64,000 nucleotides of DNA. Source: Naegleria gruberi. Its lineage: Eukaryota. The stretch lies in the NCBI GenBank assembly GCA_000004985.1, contig GG738846.1; one strand, given 5' to 3'. This document shows, in pieces, positions 46,993 through 57,081 of the stretch (its first letter is position 1; each line of letters begins with the position of its first letter). The notes under the pieces are model-generated. The model worked only from the letters and a program-made list of their open reading frames with translations, made no database searches and was not told where the DNA came from. Both the position numbers and the translations under genes were made by a program.

Positions 46993-47576
46993 TAATCAGG
47001 TATTCTTTCACTTGCAATTTTATAGTACTCTCTTGTCTTGGCTGTCAAATCTTTGATGGATTCTAGTTGATCCGCGAGAAGGGTAAACGTTGTTCTCTTA
47101 TCTCTTACAACTTGGTCATCATCAGGTATTTGAGAAAGTTGGGTGTGAATTTTGGAATAGGATAATTCAGCCATCTTTAACAATGAGTCGAGTTCTCCTG
47201 GTGTTGAAAGGGCAGCTACTTCATGTGGTTGTACATCTACTAGGGCTAGTTTTTTCTCTATTGGCAGAGGCTTTACTCTGAAGTAATTGAAATCTTGCAG
47301 AATTTCATTAAGGTAGTGATATGTCTTCGGTTTTAGAGGGGAGGACACTGATTTTCTCAGCTTGACTGATGCAGTCACCGTAGACTTTTGTCGTTTCTTC
47401 TCCTTCTTTCTTATGAGACGTTTCATTTTCATTTCAATTGCAAAGGCATCCTTCTTTTTGGCAAAAATTTCCTCAATATTATTCTTTAGATCCTTCTTTT
47501 TAAATTCCTCCTCTGCTATGGTTTTTTTCACTTCTATTGAAGGTATTTTCCTTCCCCTTTGTTTACTAGCGTCCAT
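46494..47576 (-). CDS. Hypothetical basic Lys-rich protein, long paralogue (360 aa).
   Basis: Continuous ORF MDASKQRGRKIPSIEVKK...ERIPDYMYEFLPDKELDEF...IDLHPMY*. Its 5' end abuts the second gap (47624..47673), so the start may be incomplete. Confidence 0.55.
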   Translation of the reverse strand: MDASKQRGRKIPSIEVKKTIAEEEFKKKDLKNNIEEIFAKKKDAFAIEMKMKRLIRKKEKKRQKSTVTASVKLRKSVSSPLKPKTYHYLNEILQDFNYFRVKPLPIEKKLALVDVQPHEVAALSTPGELDSLLKMAELSYSKIHTQLSQIPDDDQVVRDKRTTFTLLADQLESIKDLTAKTREYYKIASERIPDYMYEFLPDKELDEFAEETKRNSMVVNKEGKGYSYPHPIDNFNKKKAAGVVGYYKSVLPKNEKRGTRPSSAPPTRQNQSSVKNTPKNKVIPNKKDIPKKKQLRIQVDQKDFQTIVEEELGSSPSSSIASAGENRRTTMMKSTPGTASKYFNLADSADEGQIDLHPMY

Positions 47577-47623
47577 GGCCAGATCTGCGAGTATACTCTG
47601 ACTACCAATGGAAGTAGCAACTT

Positions 47624-47673
47624 NNNNNNNNNNNNNNNNNNNNNNNNNNNNNNNNNNNNNNNNNNNNNNNNNN
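47624..47673. other. Assembly gap (50 N).
   Basis: Run of n characters. Confidence 1.
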
Positions 47674-47935
47674 AACTGGAATTGCTGATTCTTTACAAAG
47701 TGTCATGATTATTAATTTGGCATTCAATGCAATTGGAGGTCAAATTCCAAAAGAGTATGGTGAAATACCCTCACTAACTGGAATCCATTTAGGAAGCAAT
47801 CATTTCGAAGGATTATTGCCTTCAGGTCTCTGCCGTGTATTGTCCTGTGACTGTTACAATAATCCAAAACTATTGTGCCCAGCCGATAATTGTAATAATA
47901 ACCATTGTAACATTACCTTTTTTCAAAATTTGTAA
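47674..47935 (+). CDS. C-terminal fragment of a plant-type LRR protein (NxLxGxIP repeats plus a Cys-rich end), truncated by the gap.
   Basis: ...INLAFNAIGGQIPKEYGEIPSLTGIHLGSNHFEGLLPSGLCRVLSCDCYNNPKLLCPADNCNNNHCNITFFQNL* opens directly after the N-run. Confidence 0.4.
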
Positions 47936-48133
47936 ATAATGGTGGTCAACTTGAGTATTTCATTTTCAGTAAATGGGATTGTCACAAAGTTTGCAATTTA
48001 CCAGAATTTTTTTTAAAAATGATAACAATTTTATCCTCAAAAAAGGACGTTAAGTGCCAACCTTAATACCTCAAGTTACTATTAAACAACACAGCTGTTA
48101 AAAAATGAACGATATAGAATTGAGATGAAAAGT

Positions 48134-50976
48134 TTAATTGTTATTCAACCCTCTTTGTGAAAAGTAGTGATGTTTTAAAATAGAGCCAGCATCTGGTCGT
48201 CTTTCTGGATCCTTCTCCAACATGCTAAACACCAACTCCACCAACTCTAATGAATAGATCTGTAAACTAATCTTCTCCTTTAATATTTGTTTGACAGTTT
48301 CAGAATCCTTTAACATGTACATTTGATTGATGGAAGTTGTTGTATCATGAGATAGAATCTGGTATAGAGTAACTCCCAAACTGAATATATCAGTTTTATG
48401 ATCACATGAAATTCCACACAACAATTCTGGTGAAATATACAATGGAGTTCCAGCTAATGAAAAACTGGTTGATTGTTTTGAGTTTTTTGCCAAACCAAAA
48501 TCAGCAATGATAATGTCAATGGCTGAATCATTCATTTTCTGAATGAAAATATTGGAAGGTTTAATATCTCTGTGAATAACTCTGATTTAGTGTTAAATCC
48601 ACATATTTTAATATGTTTCTAAACTTACCCAAAGTTGATGAAAATATAATCCAAGGCACTACATGATTGAAATAATATTTGAGCAATTAAAAGTTCTGAA
48701 CAAAATTTGGATCCAGTAATGAGTCTATTCAAATCACCCATCTCATAATAAGTCATATCAATACATAGAATTTGACCATTTCCAATAAAGAAATCATTCA
48801 CTTTGAGAACATTTGGGTGATTCATCTTTAAAAGTTGAATTCCTTCTCTCATAGCCACGTTCAAATCTTCATGGTTATCAAATCTAACCACTTTGATTGC
48901 TTTGACTTCATTATTACATTTAGTGTCATTCACTTTAAACACACTTCCACCTTGTCCAATCTTTACCAAATTTGTATATCTATCCATTGGATCATTTTGA
49001 GATTCTTTTGAAGATGAAGTATATTGAGAAGGGAAATCAGAAATCATTGTTGATTGTGTGAATGATTTTAATTCTTCTTCCGAAGGATTCACCGTATCAA
49101 TGTTCAAAGTTGCTTCCTTTGCTCTATTTCTATTAATTAACACAATAATGATAATTACAAAAATTACAATGATTAAAATTACAATAAATAGGGTTGGAAC
49201 AAGTACTGCAACTAGTATAGTTGTTTGATCAGATTGAGCACTAAGATTTGTTCCATTATTTTGCTTATTAATTGCTGAGCAATCCTTATTATAAGTTGTT
49301 ACATCTGATGTTGGACATGTACAAGTGTCAGGAGCTGTACATTCACCAATACTTGAACAAACCAGTCTACTACTAGAAGAAACTCCAAAACAATTAAATG
49401 TTTCACAATCAGCTCCACTATAACCTGTCTGACATGAACAATTGTTTGGTGCAATGCAATTTCCTTTTGAGGAACATACGTTTACATCTGTTTTGAGTAT
49501 ATTATTACATTTAAACATGCTACATGTGGAATTTAGATATCCACTATTACAAGTACATTCATCTTTGGCAGTACATTTACCAAAACCTGAACAAACATTT
49601 GGTTGACTATTTGATATTCCAAAACATGAATATTCCTGACAATACGACCCATTATAATGATCTTGACATGAACAAGCATTATATGCATAACAAAATCCAT
49701 GTGAAGAACAAACACCTGAACTGTCATATCTTACTCCATTGCAATTAAATAAATTACAACTAGTTCCATATCCAAAATATCCTTCAAAACAATTACAATC
49801 ACTTCCTGATTGAGTAGAATTTAAAGGACATGGTACAATTTTTCTAATATAATTATAATTAGTGTCTGCAATAAATATTTCACCCAATTGATTGATTGAA
49901 ACTCCATGAGGTGATAAATTTGTAGAATTTCCCAATAAACCATCCCCATTGAAAAGTTGATTTCCTGTTCCAGCAAATGTTGAAATAATTCCACTTGTTG
50001 AAATCTTTCTAACTCTGAAATTGACTGAATCTGCAAAAAATACTTCACCCAATTGATTTACTGTAATTCCTCTAGGTGAAAATATCTTTGCCATTGTTCC
50101 TAATATTCCATCTCCATTGTAACCATTTGAACCTATTCCAGCAATTGTGGTAATCGTACCATTTGTCAATATTTTACGAATTCTAGAATGAGAGAGAACT
50201 GAAATGTATACTTGACCTATTTGGTCAACTGCAACACCTGTAGGAGAACAAATATTTGCATTAGTTGCTAAAATACCATCTCCATTAAAATCACATGATC
50301 CTGTTCCAGCAATTGTTGTAATGGTACCATTTGTCAAAATTTTACGAATTCTATTATTTCCAGTATCTTTCCAAATTTAACAGTTAAAAGTTCAACAATA
50401 ATACCTACCTGCAATTATAACTTCTCCCAATTGACTAATAGCAACTGCATTTGGATTTTTAACATTGGCACTTGTTGACGGAATAAAATCACCATTATAG
50501 GCTCCATCTCCAACACTAGTCCCAGCAATTGTTGTTATGGTACCATTTGTCAATATTTTACGAATCCTATTTCCAAATTCAGCAATAATAATTTCACTCA
50601 GTTGACTAACAGCAATATCATAGGGATAGTAAAGTTGGGCATTGGTAGCTAGTATGTTATCACCATTATATCCAGCAGTACCAGTTCCAGCAATTGTTGT
50701 TATTGTGCCATTAGTTAAAATCTTTCGAATACGATGATTGCTCGTATCTGATATCAGAATCTCCCCAGTTGATTCGAGAAAGGCAACAGATGAAGGTGAA
50801 TTTAGAGTTGCAGATGATGCCAACATGTAATCTCCATTGTAAACACTTGAACCCGTTCCAGCAATTACTTTCAAATAGTTTCCAACTCCAAAAGTTGTTT
50901 GTTGTGCTGTGCTTGTTTCAACAACCAACCATGCAGAAAGTAGAAGCAAGCACATGTAAATGATTTGTCGAAACAT
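48134..50976 (-). CDS. Receptor-like protein kinase, three exons. Signal peptide, NHL-type beta-propeller repeats, EGF-like Cys repeats, one TM segment and a cytoplasmic Ser/Thr(-Tyr) kinase domain.
   Basis: Exon 1 is 50976..~50382 (MFRQIIYMCLLLLSAWLVVETSTAQQ...). Repeated (R)IRKI(L)TNGTITTIAGTG..YNGDG units resemble NHL repeats. Intron ~50338-50381. Exon 2 has ~8 CxCxxG EGF-like repeats, the TM segment ILVAVLVPTLFIVILIIVIFVIIIIVLI and kinase subdomains (VKIGQGGSVFKV, AIKVV). Intron ~48560-48623 (GTAAGTTTAG...AAATCAG). Exon 3 has HRDIKPSNIF, DFGLAK and GTPLYISPE. Confidence 0.8.
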
Positions 50977-51865
50977 TTTTTTATAAAGATGGATCTTGTT
51001 TTTTAATTATTGTGTTGCTACTGTACAGTAGCTCTTGGTATACCAACGAGTGTGACTCTTTGTTTTACACATAGCCTGTTATGTTCTAAATTGATCCTTG
51101 TCAGTTTACAATTTGTCTTATGCGTGCTATTAAATAGACCTTAACATCTCTCTTACAGGTGTCTCTTCGTTCATATTCAATTTATTCAGCCAATTCTGTC
51201 ACTGATGATACTATGAAGGTTATGTTGACACAAGCGGCTACTTTTTGAATGGTAAGCTTCCTTGTTTGCTGGTTCTTCTTTCAATAACACAGTTGTGTTT
51301 TCTCTACTGTTTGTGGTGCTGCTGTGGATATTATTTAGATTATGAAAAATTTGCACTGTTGGATTGTTCTATAACAAGATTGTCACAGTATCTTGTGAAT
51401 AAATACAGGGTTGTTATTGTTGACAATTTGGCAATCATCAGTGATGACACAGTATTTTTTGAATTCTTGAATGCGCTGTCCATTTTCATCAAAAACTACT
51501 TCATCTTAAGGGTTAACTTAAATTACGTAATTTTGGAATTGCTCTCAAATTAGAACCAAAGCCAATATCTCTTTTCCAACTCGAACATTTTTTGACATTT
51601 GACCTTAATTGTTTCATGAATCTAAAATCTACAAGAGATGTTTTTGTAAAATTGATATGGGAGTACCAATAACAAAATTGGACAAATCGCAACACATCTC
51701 TATTTTCTTCCTGGTTATTTGGCTGGTTATTGGATATTAAAACTGATGAAAGCACGGAATCTGAAATTTGAATCTTGGAAATGATTGGAGCGGAAAGCTT
51801 CCCTCTGAAGTGTTGTTGAACATAACAACAGTAAACATCAATAAAGTTCAAAAAAACGAAACTAA

Positions 51866-53839
51866 ATGAAACCAACAACAGAAGCATCATCTTTTCGAAA
51901 CAATAGAAATCGTTCCTCAACTCTTCCTATGAGGTTGTCAAAGAATATGGCTATTGAAAATATCAATCAGTCAATAAAACAATCATTTAGAAATTCAAAA
52001 ACCACAGTTGACCTAAATGAAAGTCAAGGAAGTATGATTATAAAAGATAGAATTTCTTTCTCTAGAAGTAGGCGTTCAAGCACAGCATCAGGTTCAAAAC
52101 AGCCAACATCACTCTACAAGAGACTCTTATCCAACCTCAAACATGGTGATGATTCCATGTCAGACATTATAAGTGAAACATCATATGACACTTCCATGTC
52201 GGGTTTAGTAACGTCATCTATGGGAATAGGTTTCAGATTAAATGGAGCCAACAACACTCCCACACACAAACAAGAAATATCCGAATTGAATAATTTAGTT
52301 TCTCAATTCATGTGTTGTGGCTTTCCAATTGTGGTTTTTGACAAGAAGGGTTGTATTGTCTATATGAATAGAGAATCAGAGGAAATGTTTGGAACATTTA
52401 GTTTTTCAGTATTGGGTGAAGATTTAGTTGAGGTTTTTATGGAGGACACAATTCTCGATATTCACACGTTAATTGATGATTTTTTAGGATTTTCAATGGA
52501 AGATATTGAAGGAGTTGACAGGAAGAATATCAGTCTCAAGAATATGCCTTATGAATTATTGAGCGAGGAAGATAAATCAAAGAGAAGAAGTCACCTTTCA
52601 AAAGAGAGAATTTTGAAAGGAAAATCAATAACTTTGAATCAATTCTTTACCATCTCAACAAAACTTGTTCCAATTAAGAAGAAACATGAAATTCACTTTT
52701 GTGCCTATATGAAATTTGTTGAATTTATTGATAATGAAGAGTTGAACACAATATATGAGAATTTAGATTCCGTTCATGTACAAATTACAAATGCAAGTAT
52801 TGTTCCAATTGTGGCGATTAATGATAAGGGAAGTGTTTTGGTATTCAATAAGGCTGCCACACTGACATTTGGATATGAAAATAGTGAAATAATTGGAAGA
52901 AATGTCAAAATTATTTGTAATAGAAAAGATAGAATGAATCATGACATGTATTTGGAGAGATTTGCCAAAACTGAAAAGAAGAAAATTCTAGATCGTATTA
53001 AGAAAGTCAAAGGTCAAACAAAAGATGGTAAAAGTATTCCAGTGGAAATCAAAATTTCTCAAATTGTCAAAAATGGTCAATCATTATTTGTTGCCTATTT
53101 CAGAGATTACAAATTATTATCCAATCAAGATGAACAAATGACAGGTATTGCAGAAAAGATTTATCCAAGAAATATTGCAGAAAGATTAAGTATGGGCCAG
53201 AAAATCATTGACCAAGTTGATGGATGTTCCATGTTATATTGTGATTTGGTTGGTTTTACAGAGTTATCATCAACCATGCCACCTAAACAAGTTGTTTCTC
53301 TACTACACTCAATATTTTCAAATTTTGATGAAATTTGTCAAAAGTTCAAGATGGAAAAGATTAAAACAATAGGAGATAGTTACTTTTTAGCTTCTGGTTT
53401 AAGGAATGAAACTAGTTCAGTTGACCATATGATTAAGGGTGGTCTTTTAATGATTACAACAGTGAATCAATTTTCAGAATCGACAGGAAATAGTTTACAA
53501 GTTAGAGTTGGAATTCACACCTCAATAGGAGGTGATGTCATTGCAGCTGTAGTTGGTAAAGTGAAGAGAACGTACGATCTCTTTGGGTCTGATGTTAAAA
53601 TTGCTCAACTAATGGAAATGACTGGAATTACTAATGAATTACACATCTCCAACAATACCTACAAATCCATCAAGAGTGAAAAGAGAAAATCACTCTTTAT
53701 TGAAAAATTCAAAGAGGGAGATGAAATTTTAATGGACAAGTATGCAGAACCATTGCAGATACCGACAAATAGTTGGGTAACACACAATGTGTTAGAATTA
53801 CTCAATAGAGATAAGGAAAAGTCAATTCAACAACAATAA
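51866..53839 (+). CDS. PAS-PAS sensor fused to a class III adenylate/guanylate cyclase domain (657 aa), apparently single exon.
   Basis: After an S/R-rich N-terminus come two PAS/PAC-like modules (VVFDKKGCIVYMNRESEEMFG, PIVAINDKGSVLVFNKAATLTFGYENSEIIGRNVKII...GKSIPVEIKISQI). The CYC domain reads SMLYCDLVGFTELSS...KIKTIGDSYFLASGL...VRVGIHTSIGGDVIAAVVG...YDLFGSDVKIAQLME. A-rich leader, host-like codon usage. Confidence 0.8.
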   Translation: MKPTTEASSFRNNRNRSSTLPMRLSKNMAIENINQSIKQSFRNSKTTVDLNESQGSMIIKDRISFSRSRRSSTASGSKQPTSLYKRLLSNLKHGDDSMSDIISETSYDTSMSGLVTSSMGIGFRLNGANNTPTHKQEISELNNLVSQFMCCGFPIVVFDKKGCIVYMNRESEEMFGTFSFSVLGEDLVEVFMEDTILDIHTLIDDFLGFSMEDIEGVDRKNISLKNMPYELLSEEDKSKRRSHLSKERILKGKSITLNQFFTISTKLVPIKKKHEIHFCAYMKFVEFIDNEELNTIYENLDSVHVQITNASIVPIVAINDKGSVLVFNKAATLTFGYENSEIIGRNVKIICNRKDRMNHDMYLERFAKTEKKKILDRIKKVKGQTKDGKSIPVEIKISQIVKNGQSLFVAYFRDYKLLSNQDEQMTGIAEKIYPRNIAERLSMGQKIIDQVDGCSMLYCDLVGFTELSSTMPPKQVVSLLHSIFSNFDEICQKFKMEKIKTIGDSYFLASGLRNETSSVDHMIKGGLLMITTVNQFSESTGNSLQVRVGIHTSIGGDVIAAVVGKVKRTYDLFGSDVKIAQLMEMTGITNELHISNNTYKSIKSEKRKSLFIEKFKEGDEILMDKYAEPLQIPTNSWVTHNVLELLNRDKEKSIQQQ

Positions 53840-54203
53840 ATCTTTGCACTATTCTCTCTTGTTGATGAAGAAATTTAAATGAAATTATGAAAAAAAATGA
53901 ATTATTTCAAATCTTTAAAATTCAGAAGAAAATTAAATCATCATTTCCAAAATAATAATATGAAAATGAATAGAAGAACATTTTCTACTGTTCGGAATTG
54001 TACTATTCAAGCATTATCAGCATCACCAATAACAGGTAAAATCTCTCCAAATTAATTGGAATGATTAATCCATTATTTACATTTTCAATATATTTAAAAT
54101 ATTATTATTATTATATATTATTAAATCATTGGATGAAAATAATATTAATTAATGATGATTTTCATCCGTATTAAATAATATTTAAATTGAATATTTAAAA
54201 AAA

Positions 54204-55064
54204 ATGGAACAAATCTACGCCAATACCAAAGACTCTCTATTTTGTATTAAACGTTTTCAAGAATTACTAAAAACAAGTTATATAGGACGATCGATCGTGT
54301 ATCGGAATCAAGTGGAAACAACAATGGACATTGGAAGGAGAGAGGCTGAGGAGGGTTGTTTGACTGGAACACTCATCTTGGCAGAGGAACAAACAAAAGG
54401 AAGAGGAAGGAGAGGTAGAGAATGGAGCAGTGCAGGGAAGGGAAAGAATTTGTATTTTACTATTGTATTTCATGTTAGATTGGATAATGCACAGGAATTG
54501 ATAAAACTTAATTTGGCAATTCCTTTGGCAATTACTATTACTTTGAGAGATGAAGGATTGGAAAATTGTGGAATTAAATGGCCAAATGATGTTTGGGTCA
54601 TTCCAAACGAAAAGGATTCACTTCCATCTAAAATTAGTGGAATGTTAATTGATAGTGTACAATCTGGAGAAACTTTATTTGCATTGGCAGGAATTGGAAT
54701 TAATCTCAATAGTTCATTCAAGAGTACATCACTTACCCAAGGTGAAAATGCTCTTCCAAATGTTGCTATTTCATTCCTTGATGCTACCAATAAGAGTGTA
54801 GATAGAGAAAAATTTCTTGCTCAATTGTGTAATACTTTGGAAAACTTATTGGCATTTTCACAAAAGGATGTAATTACTCTGTACAAATCACATGATATTC
54901 TTATTGGAAAGGATATTACCATATCACCATCAGATAAATCACCATCATATACTGCCAAAGCTGTTGGTATTTCCAAGTTTGGTAACTTGATGGTTGAAAT
55001 GAAAGATGGAACAGGTGTCAAGGAAATGATTGCTGAAGAAGTTTCCATTCGACCATTAGAATAA
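54204..55064 (+). CDS. Biotin--protein ligase, BirA type (compact 286 aa, no N-terminal extension).
   Basis: BPL/LPL catalytic-domain signatures are present: QTKGRGRRGREWSSAGKGKNLYFT, IKWPNDVWV and KISGMLID. The C-terminal SH3-like tail is present. It is far shorter than typical eukaryotic holocarboxylase synthetases. Confidence 0.8.
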   Translation: MEQIYANTKDSLFCIKRFQELLKTSYIGRSIVYRNQVETTMDIGRREAEEGCLTGTLILAEEQTKGRGRRGREWSSAGKGKNLYFTIVFHVRLDNAQELIKLNLAIPLAITITLRDEGLENCGIKWPNDVWVIPNEKDSLPSKISGMLIDSVQSGETLFALAGIGINLNSSFKSTSLTQGENALPNVAISFLDATNKSVDREKFLAQLCNTLENLLAFSQKDVITLYKSHDILIGKDITISPSDKSPSYTAKAVGISKFGNLMVEMKDGTGVKEMIAEEVSIRPLE

Positions 55065-55257
55065 TTTCAAAAAAATCTCTTTTAAGAATGTAAATAGTAG
55101 TCTTATTCAATCAATAAATAGATATTTAATTATTTTAAAATAATAAATTGTAGCTTTAATGTCTCTTATATCATAACGACCTTAGATATTTAATTATTTT
55201 AAAATAGATTGAATTTATTTAAATTTGAATTGGTTTTAAATTGTTTAAAATAAAAAA

Positions 55258-56487
55258 ATGCAAATACTAAGAGATCAAGGAGCCTATATTGTTTCCTTTG
55301 TTAGAACACCAATCGGATCTAATGGAGGAAGCCTCTCATCACTCTCTGCCATAAAAATTGGTTCGGTTGCACTCAAGGAAGCCATTCAGAGATCCAATCT
55401 TTCATTAGGACAAGTTGAAGAGGTAATTATGGGATCTGTTTTACAGGCTGGTCTGGGCCAAAATCCTACTAGACAAGTTGCTCTCGGAGCTGGCTTATCA
55501 ACAGAGGTTATTTGTACAACTGTGAACAAAGTGTGTAGTTCTGGAATGAAATCAATTCACTATGGAGCTTTGGAAATAATGTGTGGACAACGTGATATTA
55601 TTGCATGTGGAGGTGTTGAATCAATGTCAAATACTCCTTATTATTTAAATGAATATAGAAATGGAAAGAGAATGGGAGATGGTAAAATAGTAGATGGAAT
55701 GATGTATGATGGTCTTTTTGATCCTTATCATTCAACCATGATGGGTAAATTTGCAGATGTCACTGCAACAACATATAACATCTCAAAACAAGAACAAGAT
55801 GATTACTCTGTGAAGAGTTATGAAAGAGCAATGAAAAATGCAGATAAATTCAAGAAGGAAATTGTTCCTGTAAAGGTGAATGCAAATTTAACATTGGACC
55901 ATGATGAGGAAGTTTCTAAATTCAGAGGTGCTGATAAATTAAAATCACTCAAACCAGCATTTTCTAAGGAAGGTGGATCTGTAACTGCTGGTAATGCCAG
56001 TAAAATTAGTGATGGAGCTGCCTTTGTAGTGTTGGTAAGTGGAAGATTCTTAAAATCGAATCCAACCTATTTGGCCTCCATTAGAAATCAAAGCATTTTC
56101 CAAGTATTATCATTTGAAGATGCTGAAAAGGAACCTAATTGGTTCACAATTGCTCCATCAGTTGCCATTCCAAAAGCCATTAAGAAGGCAGGTCTCTCAA
56201 TTGACCAAGTTGATAATTTTGAAATTAATGAAGCATTTGCAGCTGTTGCATTAGCCAATTCTAAAATTTTAAATCTTCCAGAAGAAAAGGTCAATATCTG
56301 GGGAGGTGCAGTTGCATTAGGGCATCCATTAGGTTGTTCAGGAGCTAGAATTGTTGTCACTCTCTGTAATCAATTATGTACAAACAATAAGACTATAGGT
56401 TGTGCTGGTATTTGTAATGGAGGTGGTGGTGCAAGTTCTCTAGTTCTTAAGAGAATTGATCCTTCTCATTTAAATTCCTCCCTTTAA
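55258..56487 (+). CDS. Acetyl-CoA C-acetyltransferase (acetoacetyl-CoA thiolase, thiolase II).
   Basis: 409 aa. Has the N-terminal RTPIGS...GGSL, the active-site Cys region VNKVCSSGMKSI, the C-terminal signatures NGGGGASSLVLKR and GHPLGCSGARIV. Confidence 0.9.
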   Translation: MQILRDQGAYIVSFVRTPIGSNGGSLSSLSAIKIGSVALKEAIQRSNLSLGQVEEVIMGSVLQAGLGQNPTRQVALGAGLSTEVICTTVNKVCSSGMKSIHYGALEIMCGQRDIIACGGVESMSNTPYYLNEYRNGKRMGDGKIVDGMMYDGLFDPYHSTMMGKFADVTATTYNISKQEQDDYSVKSYERAMKNADKFKKEIVPVKVNANLTLDHDEEVSKFRGADKLKSLKPAFSKEGGSVTAGNASKISDGAAFVVLVSGRFLKSNPTYLASIRNQSIFQVLSFEDAEKEPNWFTIAPSVAIPKAIKKAGLSIDQVDNFEINEAFAAVALANSKILNLPEEKVNIWGGAVALGHPLGCSGARIVVTLCNQLCTNNKTIGCAGICNGGGGASSLVLKRIDPSHLNSSL

Positions 56488-56601
56488 ATTCCTTTCATGA
56501 TGATGTCTACACCATTTGAACGACTCTATGATGACGTTGCATTAATGTCATTTGAAATGAAAGCATTGAAATAAAAATTATTTAAAAAACACTTAAAAAA
56601 A

Positions 56602-56997
56602 ATGATGAGAAATAACAAGAGTTTGCGTTCAAAACTCTTTTCCGGAGCCAAATATGATGAAGAATATGGTGGATCCTATTTACCTACTACAAATAATTCT
56701 CAAACACAATTGTTAATAGATAAGGCAGAGGATGATATTGACCAAAAAGCAGGAGTGATGGTGAAGGGAGTTAGAGTTTTAAAGGAAATTGCCATGACAA
56801 TGGGAGCGGAATTGGATGAACAAAATGCCTATATGAAATCCATTAATGCAGATGCCAGCAATACAAAGACTATGCTTGATAATACCTTGATGAGGTTGAA
56901 ATTACTCACTCAAAGGAGACATGGAATGCTTGGAATGTATTGTCTATTAATTGGATTTGTTTTATTTGTACTGCTTGTGTTATACACTTGGATTTAA
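56602..56997 (+). CDS. Bet1-like Qc-SNARE (tail-anchored).
   Basis: 131 aa. A SNARE heptad region (DDIDQKAGVMVKGVRVLKEIAMTMGAELDEQNAYMKSINADASNTKTML) is followed by the C-terminal TM anchor LGMYCLLIGFVLFVLLVLYTWI. Confidence 0.6.
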   Translation: MMRNNKSLRSKLFSGAKYDEEYGGSYLPTTNNSQTQLLIDKAEDDIDQKAGVMVKGVRVLKEIAMTMGAELDEQNAYMKSINADASNTKTMLDNTLMRLKLLTQRRHGMLGMYCLLIGFVLFVLLVLYTWI

Positions 56998-57081
56998 ATC
57001 ATATACGAATTTTTGAAACATTAGAAACTCACTTATTGACTACTTGGATTAATTGTCAACTCCAAATCTGGAATTTTATTA

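Noticed and set aside
50977-51865. ORFs 51245..51553 (+) and 51513..51920 (-) in the long region between the receptor kinase and the cyclase.
   Set aside because: They overlap each other and sit in the divergent promoter region between two well-supported genes. There is no domain similarity and the composition is odd (Cys/Leu runs). Treated as non-coding.
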